Source of the DNA: Raillietiella orientalis | Lineage: Eukaryota | Length of the DNA stretch: 64,000 nt | Assembly: GCA_036172245.1 (NCBI GenBank) | Contig: JAYWIR010000003.1 | Location: 7,192,001 to 7,256,000 of the forward strand | Reading direction: 5' to 3' | Part shown: piece by piece, positions 12,101 through 25,244 of the stretch | Layout: every line of letters starts with the position of its first letter | How positions within the stretch are numbered: position 1 is the first letter of the stretch | Translations under genes and position numbers: made by a program | Notes under the pieces: model-generated | What the model was told of the DNA's origin: nothing | The model's database searches: none | The model's input: the letters and a program-made list of their open reading frames with translations, nothing else

Positions 12101-13404
12101 CATTCGCGCTACGTCTACCATTTGTGTCTTTGCGGCCTCTGTGCACTTACGAGGGGAGTGCGTGCGTTCTCTCTCCAGAAATTGCTTAAAACCCGGGGGA
12201 GGGCGTCCGGAGCTCCACGATCTGGAAATTGGCCACTCGAAGACGCGTCCTTTCCGCTTCTGTTGAGGGAGAGTCTACGGAGCAAGCCCGGGACAAAGAC
12301 GCCCTTGCCGGTGGGCATACCGACCAGTGAAGACGCCTCCTGCGTACTCAGCCGATGATGCTCTTTTCGGAGGTGCCTCCAAACGGTGGGCACCCGTTTC
12401 CCCAGGCGGATGCGAGGAGGGCACGAACAGCACACAGGGTTCGGGGAGTGGGGAATGGAAATGGTGACTAAATAGGTCTCCCGCTGTCGACTTCGATCCG
12501 TGGCTACGGCGGTCCGCTGTGCGACGAGCACGAAGTTTTCCTCTGCGCGGTCCAGGCAGAGTGACTGCAGTGAGCCGATTTCTTAGTCGTCCGAAACAAA
12601 AAATCGTGGAAGAGCGAAAAGAGCGCGGGCTCCCCCCCCCCATGGCAGGGCACGGAAGGGAACAGCTGCACTTTTTTTTTTTCTTGTTCCACCGTCTTGA
12701 TGTCTTGATTCGCGCACCTCTTCTCGGCTTCGCAGTCCGCGGTTCCTCCTTGTCGATCTGGGAGAAAAAGAGAAGGTAGCTGGCAACTGTCAGCGACCTG
12801 CCGCAAGGAGAACGTCATCGGCTGTCACTTTCGTTTCTCCTTTGTGACCCCGTTCGACTCGTGACTTTTCGAGGATGGGCACCCTGTCTGGGAGCTGCGG
12901 AGACTCCATTCCGAGCCGAAAGACCCCCGGCCCTGTTTGTATGGGTTTTTCGTTTAACGAAGCAGAAGGGCCCCGTGCAACCCGAAAGGGTTGCACGGGG
13001 GATGCTTGGAGACCGCGCTTTCGCCTTTCTCGCGCGAAGCGAGGTAAAGGCGGAGGAACGCACGCGCGTTTCCCCGGGTGGTCGCTCACCGACGGAAGCA
13101 AGTGGAAAGTCAAAGAAGGGGAACGCAACTGGCTCCTGAAGCTCCCGAAAGAAAAACTTCATAACGGAGCAGCTTCGTGCAGCCCGGGTTCTCCAGGGCT
13201 GCCCACAAAAAGAAACCCGTGCTGCGAGGAAAGCGCGTGCGGTTGGGCTGCTGCAAAGCTAGAGTTCGGGTAAACTTCGGGTCCTAGGTGACTGTGGACG
13301 AAAGAGGGAGGGGGAAGAACGGAAGGGGATTCTTCACGCTGCTATGGTGTTGTGTTGCTTTCCGGATGTCAAGGGCGAGGCGATTCCAAAAAGAGGAGGA
13401 TTTG

Positions 13405-13960
13405 TACCCGGTCACGCTGGGACGCTTACTTAAAAAATAAACAGGGGAACGATGACCTCTGAAGACGGCAAAAAAAATAAAGTTCATTGAGATGACCACC
13501 GGCACGCAGGCCGGTTTGTATGAAAATTCGGATAGAAGGGAGAGGTCAATAAATAAATAAAAAAAGATGAGAGGAAGGGACAGGGAGTCCTTGGTTTCAA
13601 TCGTTCCTTGCTTCCTAAAAAGCGGCTCTGTATGGATGTGATCTCCTTGGTGACTCCACTCGGAGGTGGGGGCACCGCTGCAGCCTCCCTCATGCTGGTG
13701 GCCTCCCTTCGCTGCGAGAGACTCCGACACATGGCGGACCGTTACTATGGTGCGGATGCAACGGATCGTTGCAATCGCAGCGCCCGTCTTCAGCTCTCCT
13801 CGAGTGGAGAAGCGCCGCAGCGAGTCCCAAGATGCGTCCTCCGAGGTGGTAGGCCGCTGCATGTCCACGAGGGCGCTGCTGCAGTCCAACAGGAGACGCG
13901 GGAACAACTCCATCTTCCCGTACCCTTGAACAGTTTGTGGAGGCGACTCCCCCGCAGGAA
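13405..13960 (-). mobile_element. Diverged Tx1-like 3' end (copy 7; related subfamily)
   Basis: NCSR / GKMELFPRLLLDC degenerate finger (~13880-13935); T-rich UTR; hairpin ACCGGC-CTGCGT-GCCGGT (13498-13515); terminal ACCGGGT at ~13406. Confidence 0.65.
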
Positions 13961-14479
13961 GAGGAGGAGGAAGAAGATGACGCGAGTACACCTTCCGATG
14001 TTCTCCTTTCCAGGGTTTGGGTTTCAGCACGTGCTCCTAGGGACGAAGAACTCACCAAAGAGCCGGAACGGAGTGAGTGGAAAGGAGGACGATGAGGGTG
14101 CCTGGGGTCCTGGGAACCCACCCTGTGCCCCATAGCCCCCCTCCCTTCCCTGGCACCACCTTTCCTTCGACTTTCCCGTTTTTCTCTTGCCCCTTTCCTC
14201 CTCGTAACCCCCCTCTTCTAGCTTCCCAATCACCTCATTGGGAAGCAGCGCGCGTGATTCACCAGGAAGGCAAAACCAAGAAGCGCCCCTCGCAGCCGTC
14301 GTCCGAGAAACGACCTGCGTGGTCGACGGCCGTCCTACTTCCCCCCTATTCCCTCCCTACCCTATTCCTCGCATATTCTTTCTCTTTCGTCAGGGGCTCT
14401 GAGGCCTTGACAGCAACACCTACTGCTTCAGAGGCGTCGGTTTCTCTCTAGACGGGCTTTTTCAGGAAAAATTTTTTTT

Positions 14480-16990
14480 TTTCCCCAAAAGCTTTAATGG
14501 GGAAGCCCAGCGATCTCTGCCCAAGCATGGGGAGCAAACGCACTTCCTCAGGGCTAACTCCTGCAGAGCCCCTTTCAAACCTATGGACGGCAGGACGCTC
14601 TTCCCTTTCCCGCATCACATCCCAGACATCCGACTGAAGACATGTCGCTTTCTGTTCTTGCGGTGTCTCCCCCCCCCCTCCCTTGAGATGTGTCCAGCTA
14701 CCGCAGTTCCGCCTGATTTTAGACGGTGGGGCTAGAGGGACGTGACTTGCATCCACAGATGGAGGGAGGGTGGTTGGAAAACAAATCCATCGGGAATGCT
14801 GCTGCATTGTGTATTATCCTTGCGCAGGGGCCATGCTAATCTCTGTATCGTTCCAATTTTAGTATATGTACCGCCGAAGCAGGTAGTGCGACCCTAAGGG
14901 TGGTTCTTCGTGCACTGCTGGTCGCAGGGAACGAGGAAAGGGGGAGGGAGGTCAAGAAAAAGGTTGGGGTGACATCACACTCCTTCTGCCGAAGTGCTTT
15001 CGACTCGGCTAACTTTCCACAGGTTGTCTGGCGCTTTGCCCGCGCACGTCCAAAATTAAAAATTTCCTGCGCACCCTGATGGCTGTCTCTGCTTTCTGAC
15101 CTCGCCAGCGGCTTGCTCGCCTTGATCATTCATTCGACCCGTGCGACCGATTCTCGAGCACCACTCCGTACACCACCACCCGAAGCCTGCGGTGGATGGC
15201 CGCTCTTCCGTCACCGGCTCCCTGAGCCGACACGCGCGCATGCGCTCTTCCTCCGAAGGTGTGGACACCGCCCCATGAAATTCTGTTTTGCACGATCATT
15301 CTCTTCGTTGGTAGCCCTGCTTTAAGTCGTTCTTGGCAACATGGCTGCCCTCGCACACCGTATGTTTCACTCCCTTGGCGAGGGAGGAAAAATCCAACGA
15401 CTCTGGGATAGGAAGACGGTGAGTTAGAAGGATAAGAGGACGAAGAGGCAATGCTCTGCGAGTGACCACGGCACGATCGAGGCGTGCGGTGCTGTGACCG
15501 CGTCGTGTGCACGCGTCGCGTGTAGGCAATAGCCTCAAGTGGCACGAACGTGTTCCCAGAAAGTACCAGGAAGGTTTGTTCCTGCGAAGGTGCGAGGAAC
15601 CATGGAAGTGGTCCCTACAAGGCACTCCGTCCCCAGCCCAACAATTCAATGAATGCTTTTCTCGCCCTTCGATGGCAGCTCAACACAAGAAGAGGGGCGT
15701 GCAGTCTTTTTGGCACGTCTCTTTGACGTTTGCCTGAACTCTTGCACGAGAGGAGGCCGCGGTGGATGGCCTCTTTGCGAATCCATGCCGGCGGGCAGGA
15801 GGAGCCATCGTGGTGCTCCTGTTCGCGTCTTCAGCTCGCTCTGTGCCATGCCCCAAAGCAAGCCGTCGCTAACGGCGTATTTCCCCCAGAGCAGCTCGTC
15901 TTTATCGTTTCTTGACGTGGGGAGCACTTCAGCAGGACCGGGACTAGGCTGCAAATCGCCTTCCACCCCGGTCACTCTTCCCTGCGGAAACCTGGCGGTC
16001 TTGCGATCGGCAGCGGCTGCTCGCGGTGGCGTTCTCAACGTTGACGAGGGCGCACTACGCTGGCGGATCGCTGGCGCTCCTGGGGATATCAGCGTCCCCC
16101 ATCCCAGTTGTCGAACGTGAGACCCATCCGCCTAATCCTCTGGTCGAGTCCATTCGACTTTCGCTCAGAGGCGACCGCTTTGTGCGATCCACGTTCAGCG
16201 TGCCACCGGAAGTGCTTCGTGCTTTCCACTTGAGAGGGAACCCCGAAGAGTAGCTCTTCCTTATTCTCTCCGGAGGGAACCCACCCGCAAGGGAACCTCT
16301 CCTCGTTTCCTCTGAAGAGAGCCGCTAAGGGCTGCTTCCTGATTTCTCTAAAGGGCGCTCCCCGAAGGGAGCAGCGCGCTTCTTTGCACACTAGAGAGTA
16401 CACCAGCTCCATGGAACGCGATGGAGGGCCCCTTCTACGAGGAAGGGTCAGGGATCCTTTTTCGCAACCGAAAGAAAGCTCCGAAGGGCTCCTTGATTTC
16501 TAGGAGGACCCCGGAGGGTCCACTTCCAATTCCGGAGGCCAGTCAACAGGGGCATCCGGAGGTTTCTAGTTCTTCCACCAGTGCCACCCCTCCCGAATAC
16601 AGGCCGACCTGCGTCAATTTACGGCGGGATTCGAAACCCACGACTTACCCCCCGTTTCTCGGCGTCGATCCTTCCCCGGAAGGGATTCGAACCTACGACG
16701 CTAGGTAGTGTCACGCGCGGAGTCCGTGGTCGCCGCACACGTCCTCCAACGCGGTCCAGACATCTTTGGGTTTCAATGAGACGTTGCTTCCTTTGCGCGA
16801 GCCAGGCACTTAGGTTCGCGAAGCTGCAGCGGACCGATCGAGCCGACTTGTCTCTCCTCGGGAGAGCAGCGACCTTGAATCATAAAGAGACATTGCCAGT
16901 CTCCTCGTTGGGAACCGGTTCATTATGCAAACTTGTTCCGTATGCTGAAAGTTTCTCAAAGGCAACGGTGTGGTGCAGATGAATGGCTTG
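14480..16990 (-). mobile_element. Ty3/Gypsy pol remnant (RNase H plus integrase), interrupted by a SINE at 16230-16755
   Basis: RNase H motifs KPFICTT, YDSRSLLSRGE (YASR-L---E), KHFR...SHKAV...RIRRMGL. Integrase motifs YAVSDGLLW...RWLLLP, H...H zinc-finger remnant, PESLDF, RMNDQG (SDQG), QTTCGKLAE, LPLSSFPATSSARRTT. All are in Gypsy order. No LTRs recognised. Confidence 0.7.
16230..16755 (-). mobile_element. tRNA-derived SINE-like family, copy D (3'-truncated)
   Basis: B-box GGTTCGAATCC (16683-16693, minus) and a second T-arm-like GGGTTTCGAATCCC (16626-16639); body alignable by eye with the copies at 18.4k, 25.2k, 27.3k, 33.1k and 38.9k. Confidence 0.8.
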
Positions 16991-17199
16991 CAGAATCCCC
17001 TCCTTCCTTCCCCCCTCCCCTCTCCCCCCACACAAATGAAAAAAAAAAAAAATCACCAGGAAACCGGAACGCGGAAAAGCGTCATTACAGATGTCAGAGA
17101 CATCTCAGCTCTCGAAGAAGCCGGAAGAAAATGATGGAAGATCGTTTCATCCATAGGACCGCGGGGTCTCAGAAGGACAAGCGAACTACTCAGGGCTCT

Positions 17200-18230
17200 T
17201 AGCAGCCGGGGAGGCGAGTGGAGTCTGCCCGTCTTGTTTTCCAGCAGTAGATGCAAGAAGTTTGATTTCCGGAGCTGCAGGTGAAAGCTGCAAGGGTTCC
17301 CGGTTTCCAAAGGATAGGATGAGCGGAGGCGAAGGCACTTCGCAGCCGAGTTCTGGTCCTGTTGAAGTGCTTCTCACACCAGGGAGCGATGGAGCCTTTT
17401 CTTGAATAGGAAATCAACCACGAGGTCGCTGAAAGGACGAGGGAAGGACTCTCTTCTCTGAACGGATCTGTTGCCTCTCTGGAGAGCCCAGAGCTGCTCC
17501 TGGGAAGGAGCTGAATTTCCCATTGTCGCCCAGCGGCGCCGACTCAGAGTTCGAGGATTTCGCATGAACGTTGGGGCGGTCTCCTCGCCGAGTCCTCGGA
17601 GTCCTCCTGCGCACTGGGGACTCAGCGACAGCTTTTCGTTCCCGTCTTTCTGCCCCAAATCGCGAAAATCTGCTGCTCCTATTTTCCGCCGACTGGGCAA
17701 GTCGGTTCTTCGATCTCGCTCGCAAGCCTGGAAAGTTTCCCCTTCCCTGCTGTCCGCAGTCCTCGTGGAAGTCCCCATATCTCTCCTGCGGTCCGACGGA
17801 TGTGGGTCGCTTCCCGTCTGCAGATTCCGCCGATGGATCGGCCGTTCTTTTTCTTTCTGAGAAAGCACCATCGCAACCCGCGCCCGTTCTTCCCCGCCGC
17901 GTCCTTCTGTCGGTCAATCTTCTCGCTACTTTGTGGGGCGTCCTCTTCGGAGCTATCGTCATGCCGACTCAGTGCAGACTTCGGTCCCATGTACTTGCCT
18001 ACCGATCCGAAGCAGAAGAAGGCAATGAGGTCGCCCGCCAAAGATCAGCATCCTCCCCCTCCGGACGACAGTGACCTGGTCCTCTTGTCGGCCGGGCAAG
18101 CCGTCATCCTTGGGAAGGAAACCCGCTTCGGAGAGCTCCCAGAAGCCTCCACCCATGCCCTTTCGGGTTGGTCCGTTTCTTGAAGACGGGCGGTGTTGGT
18201 GGGGAGGTGCCACGACGCTACCCTCGCCAC
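17200..18230 (-). mobile_element. Possible APE endonuclease remnant of an RTE/CR1/Jockey-type LINE
   Basis: AGDLIA...GKYMG...GKNGRGLRWCFL resembles GDFNA..G...N.NG..L..F. Weak and frameshifted. Confidence 0.35.
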
Positions 18231-18444
18231 ACACAGTGCGCCACGTTGTCACCACTGCGGCTCGCTCCCCACCCCGCCCACCCCTCCCTAACAGGCGCCG
18301 GTGAAAAGAAGCGGATGGCGCAGAGGCAAGCGCTGCGCCAGCAAAAGGCTTCCGGAAGCTCCTAGGAGGACAGCGGCGAGGAGGACTCCCCGTTGGGCCC
18401 ACCTTCGTCCCGGTGGCGGCGGCCGTCCCGGTGGAACTCCGCAG

Positions 18445-18990
18445 GTTCCGCGCCCTCCCAAGGGACCGTCCGCGCAGGGGCTCGCGAAACTCTTCGATAG
18501 TGTCCACTCCAGCCGAGGGTGCGCGTGTCGATTCTTCGGTTCCTAGGGGGTGACCCCCTAGGAACCACCCTATAAATTCGGGAAGGAGCTTGTTCCTCTC
18601 CCTCTTCGAAGAAATTGGGATCCATTTCTTCGAAGGGTGCTTCCCGAAGAGAGCAGCGCGCTTCCTGACACTCTGGAGAGGCAATCCTTTCCGAGAAGGC
18701 TATCAGTGTACTCCGTGGGACGGGTAACTCCGAAGGGCTCTTTGAATTCCCGGAAGGACCCTCCATAGAACGAACTTCCTATTCCGAACAACCAACGGGG
18801 GCATCCGGGGTTTCCGACTTTCCCGTCGGTGCCTCCTCACCCGAATACAGGCCGACCAGCGTCATCTTGCGGACGGACTCGAAACTCATGACGTATCCCC
18901 CGTTCTCGGAGTCGACCTTCCCCCGGGCAGGATTCGAACCCGCGAGGTTTGGTGGCGCCACGCGGCGGAGGCAGCAGCTGCACGAACTGG
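18445..18990 (-). mobile_element. tRNA-derived SINE-like family, copy C
   Basis: B-box at 18930-18940 (minus: GCGGGTTCGAATCCTGCCC); body and tail homologous to copies A, B and E. Confidence 0.85.
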
Positions 18991-20284
18991 AAGGGGGGGT
19001 CGGGGAGGTCCAGGCAGTGATACTGAGGTGTCGCGCCTTTTCCATGTGAGCGGTGGCGATGGAGATGAACTGGAAGCTCCAAGCGGGGTCTAGCCGTGCT
19101 TCTCGCGCCAGCGTGACTCCGCTGCATCCACCGGGTGCCTGGCGATTGGAGTGTCGCGCCTTGCAGGCGCTCCTTGCAAGAACCTCGGGGCCCTATGGGA
19201 CCTTGTCGGCACCCGCCCTTGTTGCCATCACCCTCTCTTCGCTGCCGGGTCGCAGTCGCCCCGAAGTTCAGGAACCAGCGACTGCGGTTCTCGGCAGGGA
19301 GGCTGCAGGCACTTCGGCGCGACAACGGCGAGTGTCCGCTCCTTCCCTCCGCTGAAGGCCGCGTCTCTTCGTGACCTGGCCGTCGGGGATGCACGATCTG
19401 AAGAGATGAGGAAGAAACAGTCGGCCGCTGGTCGCTCCTGCCTTGGGGCGAGGCGAGAAGGCTCCTCCGTGAGGACTAGGGATGGAGAGGAACTCGGAAG
19501 TGCGCGTTGCAGGATGCAACGGGAGCGCCGCTTTCAGCATCTCCGTCCTTGGTCAGCGGCTGTTTCTGGAGGCGAGCCGACGCAGACCCTTCAGCTGGTA
19601 GGCGGCCCGCGGGAAAGACACACACAAACGCACAGAAGACGGCAGCACCGTCCACGATCCTTAGAAGTCGGGGAAGAGCACGTGAGCGCGCGTACCCTTG
19701 GCGACCTCGGAAGTCGACGGACGGAATCGCCCGCCGCTTCTCCGTTGCCAAGGGCGGCCTCGCCGGCAGAGAGGCGTCCCGAGAGCTTTCTCTTCCCCTT
19801 GTCACTTCGTCACCGAGGATGTCCCTTTCCAATAAGGGTCGGTTCCCTTGGAGGAGGAACCTGGGCGTCGGATCCGTCCGCCGGAACAGACCGCACCTTC
19901 CCCGCAGAAGAGGGGAAGGGAGGGACATGGGACAACACAAGCAACGAAGGAAGAGTGGAAATTTTGCCCGGGGACTCCTTGCTGCCTCCGTGTCCGCGTC
20001 TCGAATAAAACCGAATAGCTCTTCCCTTGTCTCCAAGGGATTCTTGAGGGTGCGACCCCGCGGGTGGAAAATGAAGGAGCGGACTTCTGCCGGGATCCCT
20101 GCCCCCCGCATCTGGACGCTCGAGGAGGAGGGGGAGGAGGGGGCAGACAAGGATGAAAAGAAGGGGACGGGAGCGTCCGGGCAGAGGAGCTCGTCACGCA
20201 CCCGTCTCCAGAGACACATGAGGGTTTCTGCCAGTCGCCGGCACCTCCAGTGGCCACTGTCAAAGCTCTGTGCCCTCGTTTCAG

Positions 20285-20466
20285 GCCTTCCCGGACCAGC
20301 AGCACCAGCGGACCCGCTCCGAGAGCACCTTCTGAACGGCACCGCACGAGTCCCGGACGGCACGAAGCCGGTGATCCTGGACGCGTCCAGGCGGGTGAGG
20401 GCGTTCGTCGGGCAGAAGGCGCACCTGCGCTGCCAAGTGAGGAACATCAGGGGTCACCTTCTCCGG
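20285..20466 (+). CDS. Dpr/ZIG-8-family Ig protein, exon encoding the N-terminal half of Ig1
   Basis: TTTCAG| acceptor (phase 1); ...PVILDASRRVRAFVGQKAHLRCQVRNIRGHLLR; donor CGG|GTGAGT (phase 0). V-A-VG--A-L-C-V-N followed by a phase-0 intron before VSW is typical of Dpr genes. Confidence 0.85.
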
Positions 20467-23444
20467 GTGAGTTTACACTGCTACGCGCGCAGGACGGCTC
20501 CACCGTGCCCTCGCACCAGGCGCCCGGAGGCGGTACTACCGGGAGGACGAGGAAGAGGCCGGGGAGAGGTGGAAGGGTCGTGTAGGAGGAGAGAGCGGAG
20601 TTCGGCGGGCCAGGGCCTCTCTTTCCGGGGACGGACCCTTCTGTGGGGGTCAAGCCTCAGCATTCTCGTGAATAGGCCAGGTTCATCGCTGCCTGTAGCC
20701 TCTGCTCCCTTCCTCCCACCCCGAGGGGACGCTCCCGCGTGGGTCGTCTGCCGTCGATCACGACCTCGGCGCCGGCGGCTGCGGGGGGAATCGCGACCAG
20801 ATCGGAAAGGGTGGGTCTCCCCCCCACTCGGTGGGGAGCTCCTGCCTCGCCCTCTCGCAGGAGGGTCATGGGAGCCCGGCCTGGAGGTTCTCTCTCTCCA
20901 CACCCAGCAAGAACAGGCCCGGGTTTTGGCTGCGGAAGTCCCCTCGGCTTCCTGCCTGTTCTGCGCACCGGGAGAGAGCAGGACGCGTCCCCAGAGGGAG
21001 GGAGATCAATGGGCATTGGGGCTTCCCTGCGGTAGCCCCGATTCCACTCTACCTAGTCCGAACGCTCTCCGAAGGGAAAGGTGGGAGCTGGGCAGGGTGA
21101 CGGCCGCGGGGCGGATAGGGACGGAGGTCGCCCACAGAAGTAGTGCCGTGCCGCGGATACGGGCGAGGTCACTGTCAGTCCCCATGGGATCCAGGGGGAG
21201 ATAGGCAGACGAGTCACTGGCCTGGATGGCCAGGCGGGTCGAGACGACCCGGAAGCCGAAGGTTTTTCGGGGACCTCCTGTGCTTTCCCGAGTGACCGAG
21301 GTTAGCGCCCTGGGGCGGGAGTTCCATCGGTCGAAAGGCACCCGCGGTGAAAAGGCGGCACCCCAGACACTCCTTCGGGAGCGAGAGCCAGCTCTCTGTG
21401 TCTCCCGCAGCGGGAGGCTGGGCCGTGGCCCTTCGCCGCTCCCTCCGCGCTGGAGGTGGCATCACCCAATAATCTCTTCCCGTGTTTGCTCTCCTTCCGA
21501 TTCGCCTCCTCTCCCACTGCCCTGAAGAGCGCGGTTGAGTGGCTACGCCCGGCTGTTATTGCAGTAGCCTCGCCGCTCGAGTGGCTGCGAGGGGCTTGGG
21601 CAGCCCCACGCTGGAGTGCAGGAACCTTCGACCGCGAGCGGGTCTGCCCAGCCATGCCGGCGTTGCCTGAACCTGAAGTCCCTCCCTCTGCTCGCGGTTC
21701 GTCTGACCCCCGCCGAGCAACGAAGGAAGGAGGGCGGCGGAAAGAGGGAGGACGGTCGTTCCCGTCACCGGCATCCTCTTTTCTTCGGGCGGCGAAGGGA
21801 AGCCATTTCGGTCCACCCGAAAGGGGGAGGAGCTTCCTCCTTGGTCTGTCTGCTGGGTCCGCGCGGATGGAGTGCGCGGGAGGAAGGATCGGGCGGGGCG
21901 CTCCCCTTCCGGCGCGCTTGCTGCCTCAGGAGGGGTCACCCTTTTTTGTCGTGGGCTCCGGTGCCACGGAATCCGCAGCAGCTCTCCTCGCCGCGAGGTC
22001 AGAAGAGCCCGGTCTAGAAGAACCGTGGAGGCGGCGATTTCCCGGTCGTGCCGCGCCTCGGCCGAACGCTGCCTCCACCCCCCCGTCGACTCGATCGCAC
22101 GCGGGGGGGGGGAGAAGGAGGAGGGGGAAAAAGTCCCGGGATCCCGGTGCCATCGCGGTCTTCGTCTCTTAAAACTCGGTTCCCAAGGAAACCCCGAGGC
22201 GCCGTCAATGGGATTTTTCGAGTTTCGCCCGCGACTTTGGAGGCGAGAGCGCCCTCCTACGTGAGGCGCCTCCCAGTTTCCCAAGTTGGGGCTGCAGGCT
22301 CCCCAGTTCCCGAGGCATCCCGCCTGATATCTTATTCATAAGTGGGATGAATTTCCGCAGGCCTAGCGAAAACTTCCGGCGGGATGGCTGGCGCGCGAGT
22401 CCTCCCTCCTCTCCCGCGGAAAGTTTCAAACCATGCGGGAAAACCGTTCCCCTCTCTCCCCCAGTCGGCACTCCCGCGCGAACGGGCGCGCGCAACGAGT
22501 TCCCCCACGCAGGCAGGCAGGGCTGCCTCCTCTCCGGGAACACCCCTTCGTTCGCTGCGCCCACGCCCTTTCGCACCCCTCCCCCGGGAGCTCGCGTTCC
22601 TCTCCCGGCGGCGCCGCTGGCTGTGCCGCTGGGGCTCGAGGCAAGATGGCGCCGCCGTCGCCGAGAGGGTCCCCAATTTCGACTCGGCGAGGGGCGGCGA
22701 GTCACCTGGCCGCCTCGATCGCTGTCGCAGCCCTCCCCGACCGTCCTGTCAAGGGGTGCGGGTGATGGAAAGCTGCTGTCTCCTTCTATCGCGGAAGGTG
22801 GCAGTTGGAAAGAAAAATTGCGCCAGAAGGTTATCGCCTGATGGTTGCACGCCAAGTGGGGGGAAATTCCGCTCCGTTCCCGGTTCCCGCGGAAGGAAAA
22901 CTCAAGCCTTCCGTGCGCTTAGCTGATAATAAGAAAAAATCGCTCCTTCGCAGTCACAATCGGAGTCCAAATGCGTTTTCCCGGCAAACGGCTGTTCCCG
23001 CTGCTTTCATCCCCATTCATCCTGAAAGGAAGCGTAATTCCTCCCCCCCCCCGCTTCCTCTCTCTCCTCCCTCCCCCTTTCTTTTCCGTTCCTGATCCGA
23101 GAGATATTTCATTTTGAAGTAATGAGCGGCTTGTTGTCGCGAAATGCGCCAGGCTGACGGCGCGCCAGCGGGACAGTTGAGGCGCAACCCACCCGCCGCC
23201 ACCTCCGGCCTGACCCTCTGGAAGTTCGTTCCCCGTGCTCATCGCTGCATCACCGCGTCGTCGCACCTGTTGCCCTGTTGCCTTTTCTTTCCGCGTTCCC
23301 GATCCTTCCCACGTTGCGCACTTCCCTGTTCAGTCCCGGCAGAGTGAGCCAGAGATGGCACCAGAAGCGCCAGATCCTGGATGCCTTTCCCGAGCACCGA
23401 AAACCGAAAGCTCACTCATCAGCAATCGGAAAACGCGCAAAACG

Positions 23445-23515
23445 CACGGACACGGACACACACGCACGCGCACGCACGCACGCACGCACGCACGGGCACG
23501 TGGACGGACGGACAC
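23445..23515. repeat. (CACG)n-type imperfect microsatellite
   Basis: cacggacacggacacacacgcacgcgcacgcacgcacgcacgcacgcacg... Confidence 0.8.
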
Positions 23516-25244
23516 ACCGGTCCGCGAAGCGAATCTTCCTTCCATTTTGCTCGCCCGTCCAAGATCTTTCGGCTCCCCCGACCGTTTGTACGCAAAAGCA
23601 TCCCTGATTGGAATTTGATCTCTGGCTGGGATTTCCCTTTCCCGCCCGAGACGAAAGATGCCTTCCATCCTTCATCCGAAGGCAAGCGTAATCTGAACCG
23701 CTTACAGAGAGGACTGACGCTGCGAGGCGGGCTGGAAGCTCCGCCGAGGAACTTTCCTGAGGAAAGTTTCCACTCGGCCTTCCGGCGTCTCACCGGAAGG
23801 GTTGGCGGTCGGTAAGCGACCTCTGGGATCACGGCAGGGGGGAAAGGGAGAAAAGGAAATGGGAGCGGAGTTTTCGTGAACAGAATCGGCGAATTTTCGA
23901 CGCGAAGGTCGAAGCGTCGACCGTCGAGCGGGAGGACGCGAGATGGGAACGGAAATCTGATCCACGGCGCGAGACGCACTTTCGAAGATGATGCAGAAAA
24001 GGAGAGAGGGGAAGGGGAGGCGAGAAGGACCACGGACGCGCGTAGACGGTTGCAGGGACTTCTTCCGAGTCGCCGGAAACTTCTCGGTTCTTCTCGGCTG
24101 GACAACCTCACGCATGAGCTGCTTGCCGTCTGCAGCCAGAAAGCTCATTTTTTTCTTCTTTTTTTTTTTTCGCTCGGCTTCTTTTATTTGCGCTCGGCCG
24201 ACGCCCACGCGCCATTCCATCAACATCCAGTTTTGCTGTGTATCTCCTGCAATGGTCAGCCCTGCCCCTTCTGCTCCTCCCGGGGAGACCATCAGACACA
24301 GGTCTGTCGATTCCGGGATCGGACCCGGTGTTCGATGGGGAAGCTGCCGAGTCGAAGGTTCGAGTGCGCCAGGGAGAGCAAACACTGCGTTGACGGATGG
24401 GGCAGCTGCGCCAAGCAACCCTCCTCTGTTCCTCGGGGAAGCGGCGGTCACTTTGCCCGGAGCGCATGCGCAGGAACCGGCGCCGAGCGCCTTCCCGAAA
24501 GAGAAGGCGGCAGCAAGTCCCTGCGGGGAGAACACCGTCCGTCCGTTCGTTCTGCTCGCTTCAGGAGAGGGCGCCCTGGCGCGCGCCCGTTCACTCGGTT
24601 GCCGTCTCGAGTGCTTCAGCTTCCGCCCCGAAGGCAAACATCCGGAACGCGCGGCTCGTCTCCCCGATGACGCCAACTTCCTTCCTTCGCCCTTTCGCGC
24701 GGGTTCCTATCGAGGCCTCCTCCTTCCCGTGCCCTTCCCCCGCTGCGGGGAGTCTCGGATGCCGAGGAACCTTCCGTCTCTGTCCCATACCTTCGGCACG
24801 AACGTGGGGCATCGCCCGTTCCGTTTTCTCGCCGGCAGTGGCGCTGCTGCGGCTTCCCGGGATGCCGAGCGGCGGGGGACGGGGATTTTAAGAGGTCCCC
24901 GCCGCGAGGGGAAAAGGCATCCATCCCTACGACGACGAGGCGCCGGATCCATCTGGCTGGATCCGGCGGCACGTGAGTGCGCCGCGACTCCGCAGAGGAC
25001 GGGAGCGTCTGTCGCCTGATGGTGGCTCCGTGGCTCTGCGTTTCCGGGAGCCAGAGACGGAGGCATCGCGACTGCCGACCGGAAGCGGGGGAACAGGGTG
25101 CACACGCACAAAAAGGGAGTGCGGAGGGTCCCCCCTCCTCCCGCCTAGAGCTCCGGCGCGCAGCCTTCCTGCAGGACGCATGCGCAGCCGCCTGGAGGCT
25201 TCCGGAGCTGCCGGGCACGAGTAGGAGCACCGAACGTCGCAAAC

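Noticed and set aside
19507..21204. 565-aa ORF as a single CDS
   Set aside because: Only 20285-20466 is Ig-like and it is bounded by splice sites; the rest is GC-rich, stop-poor intronic read-through.
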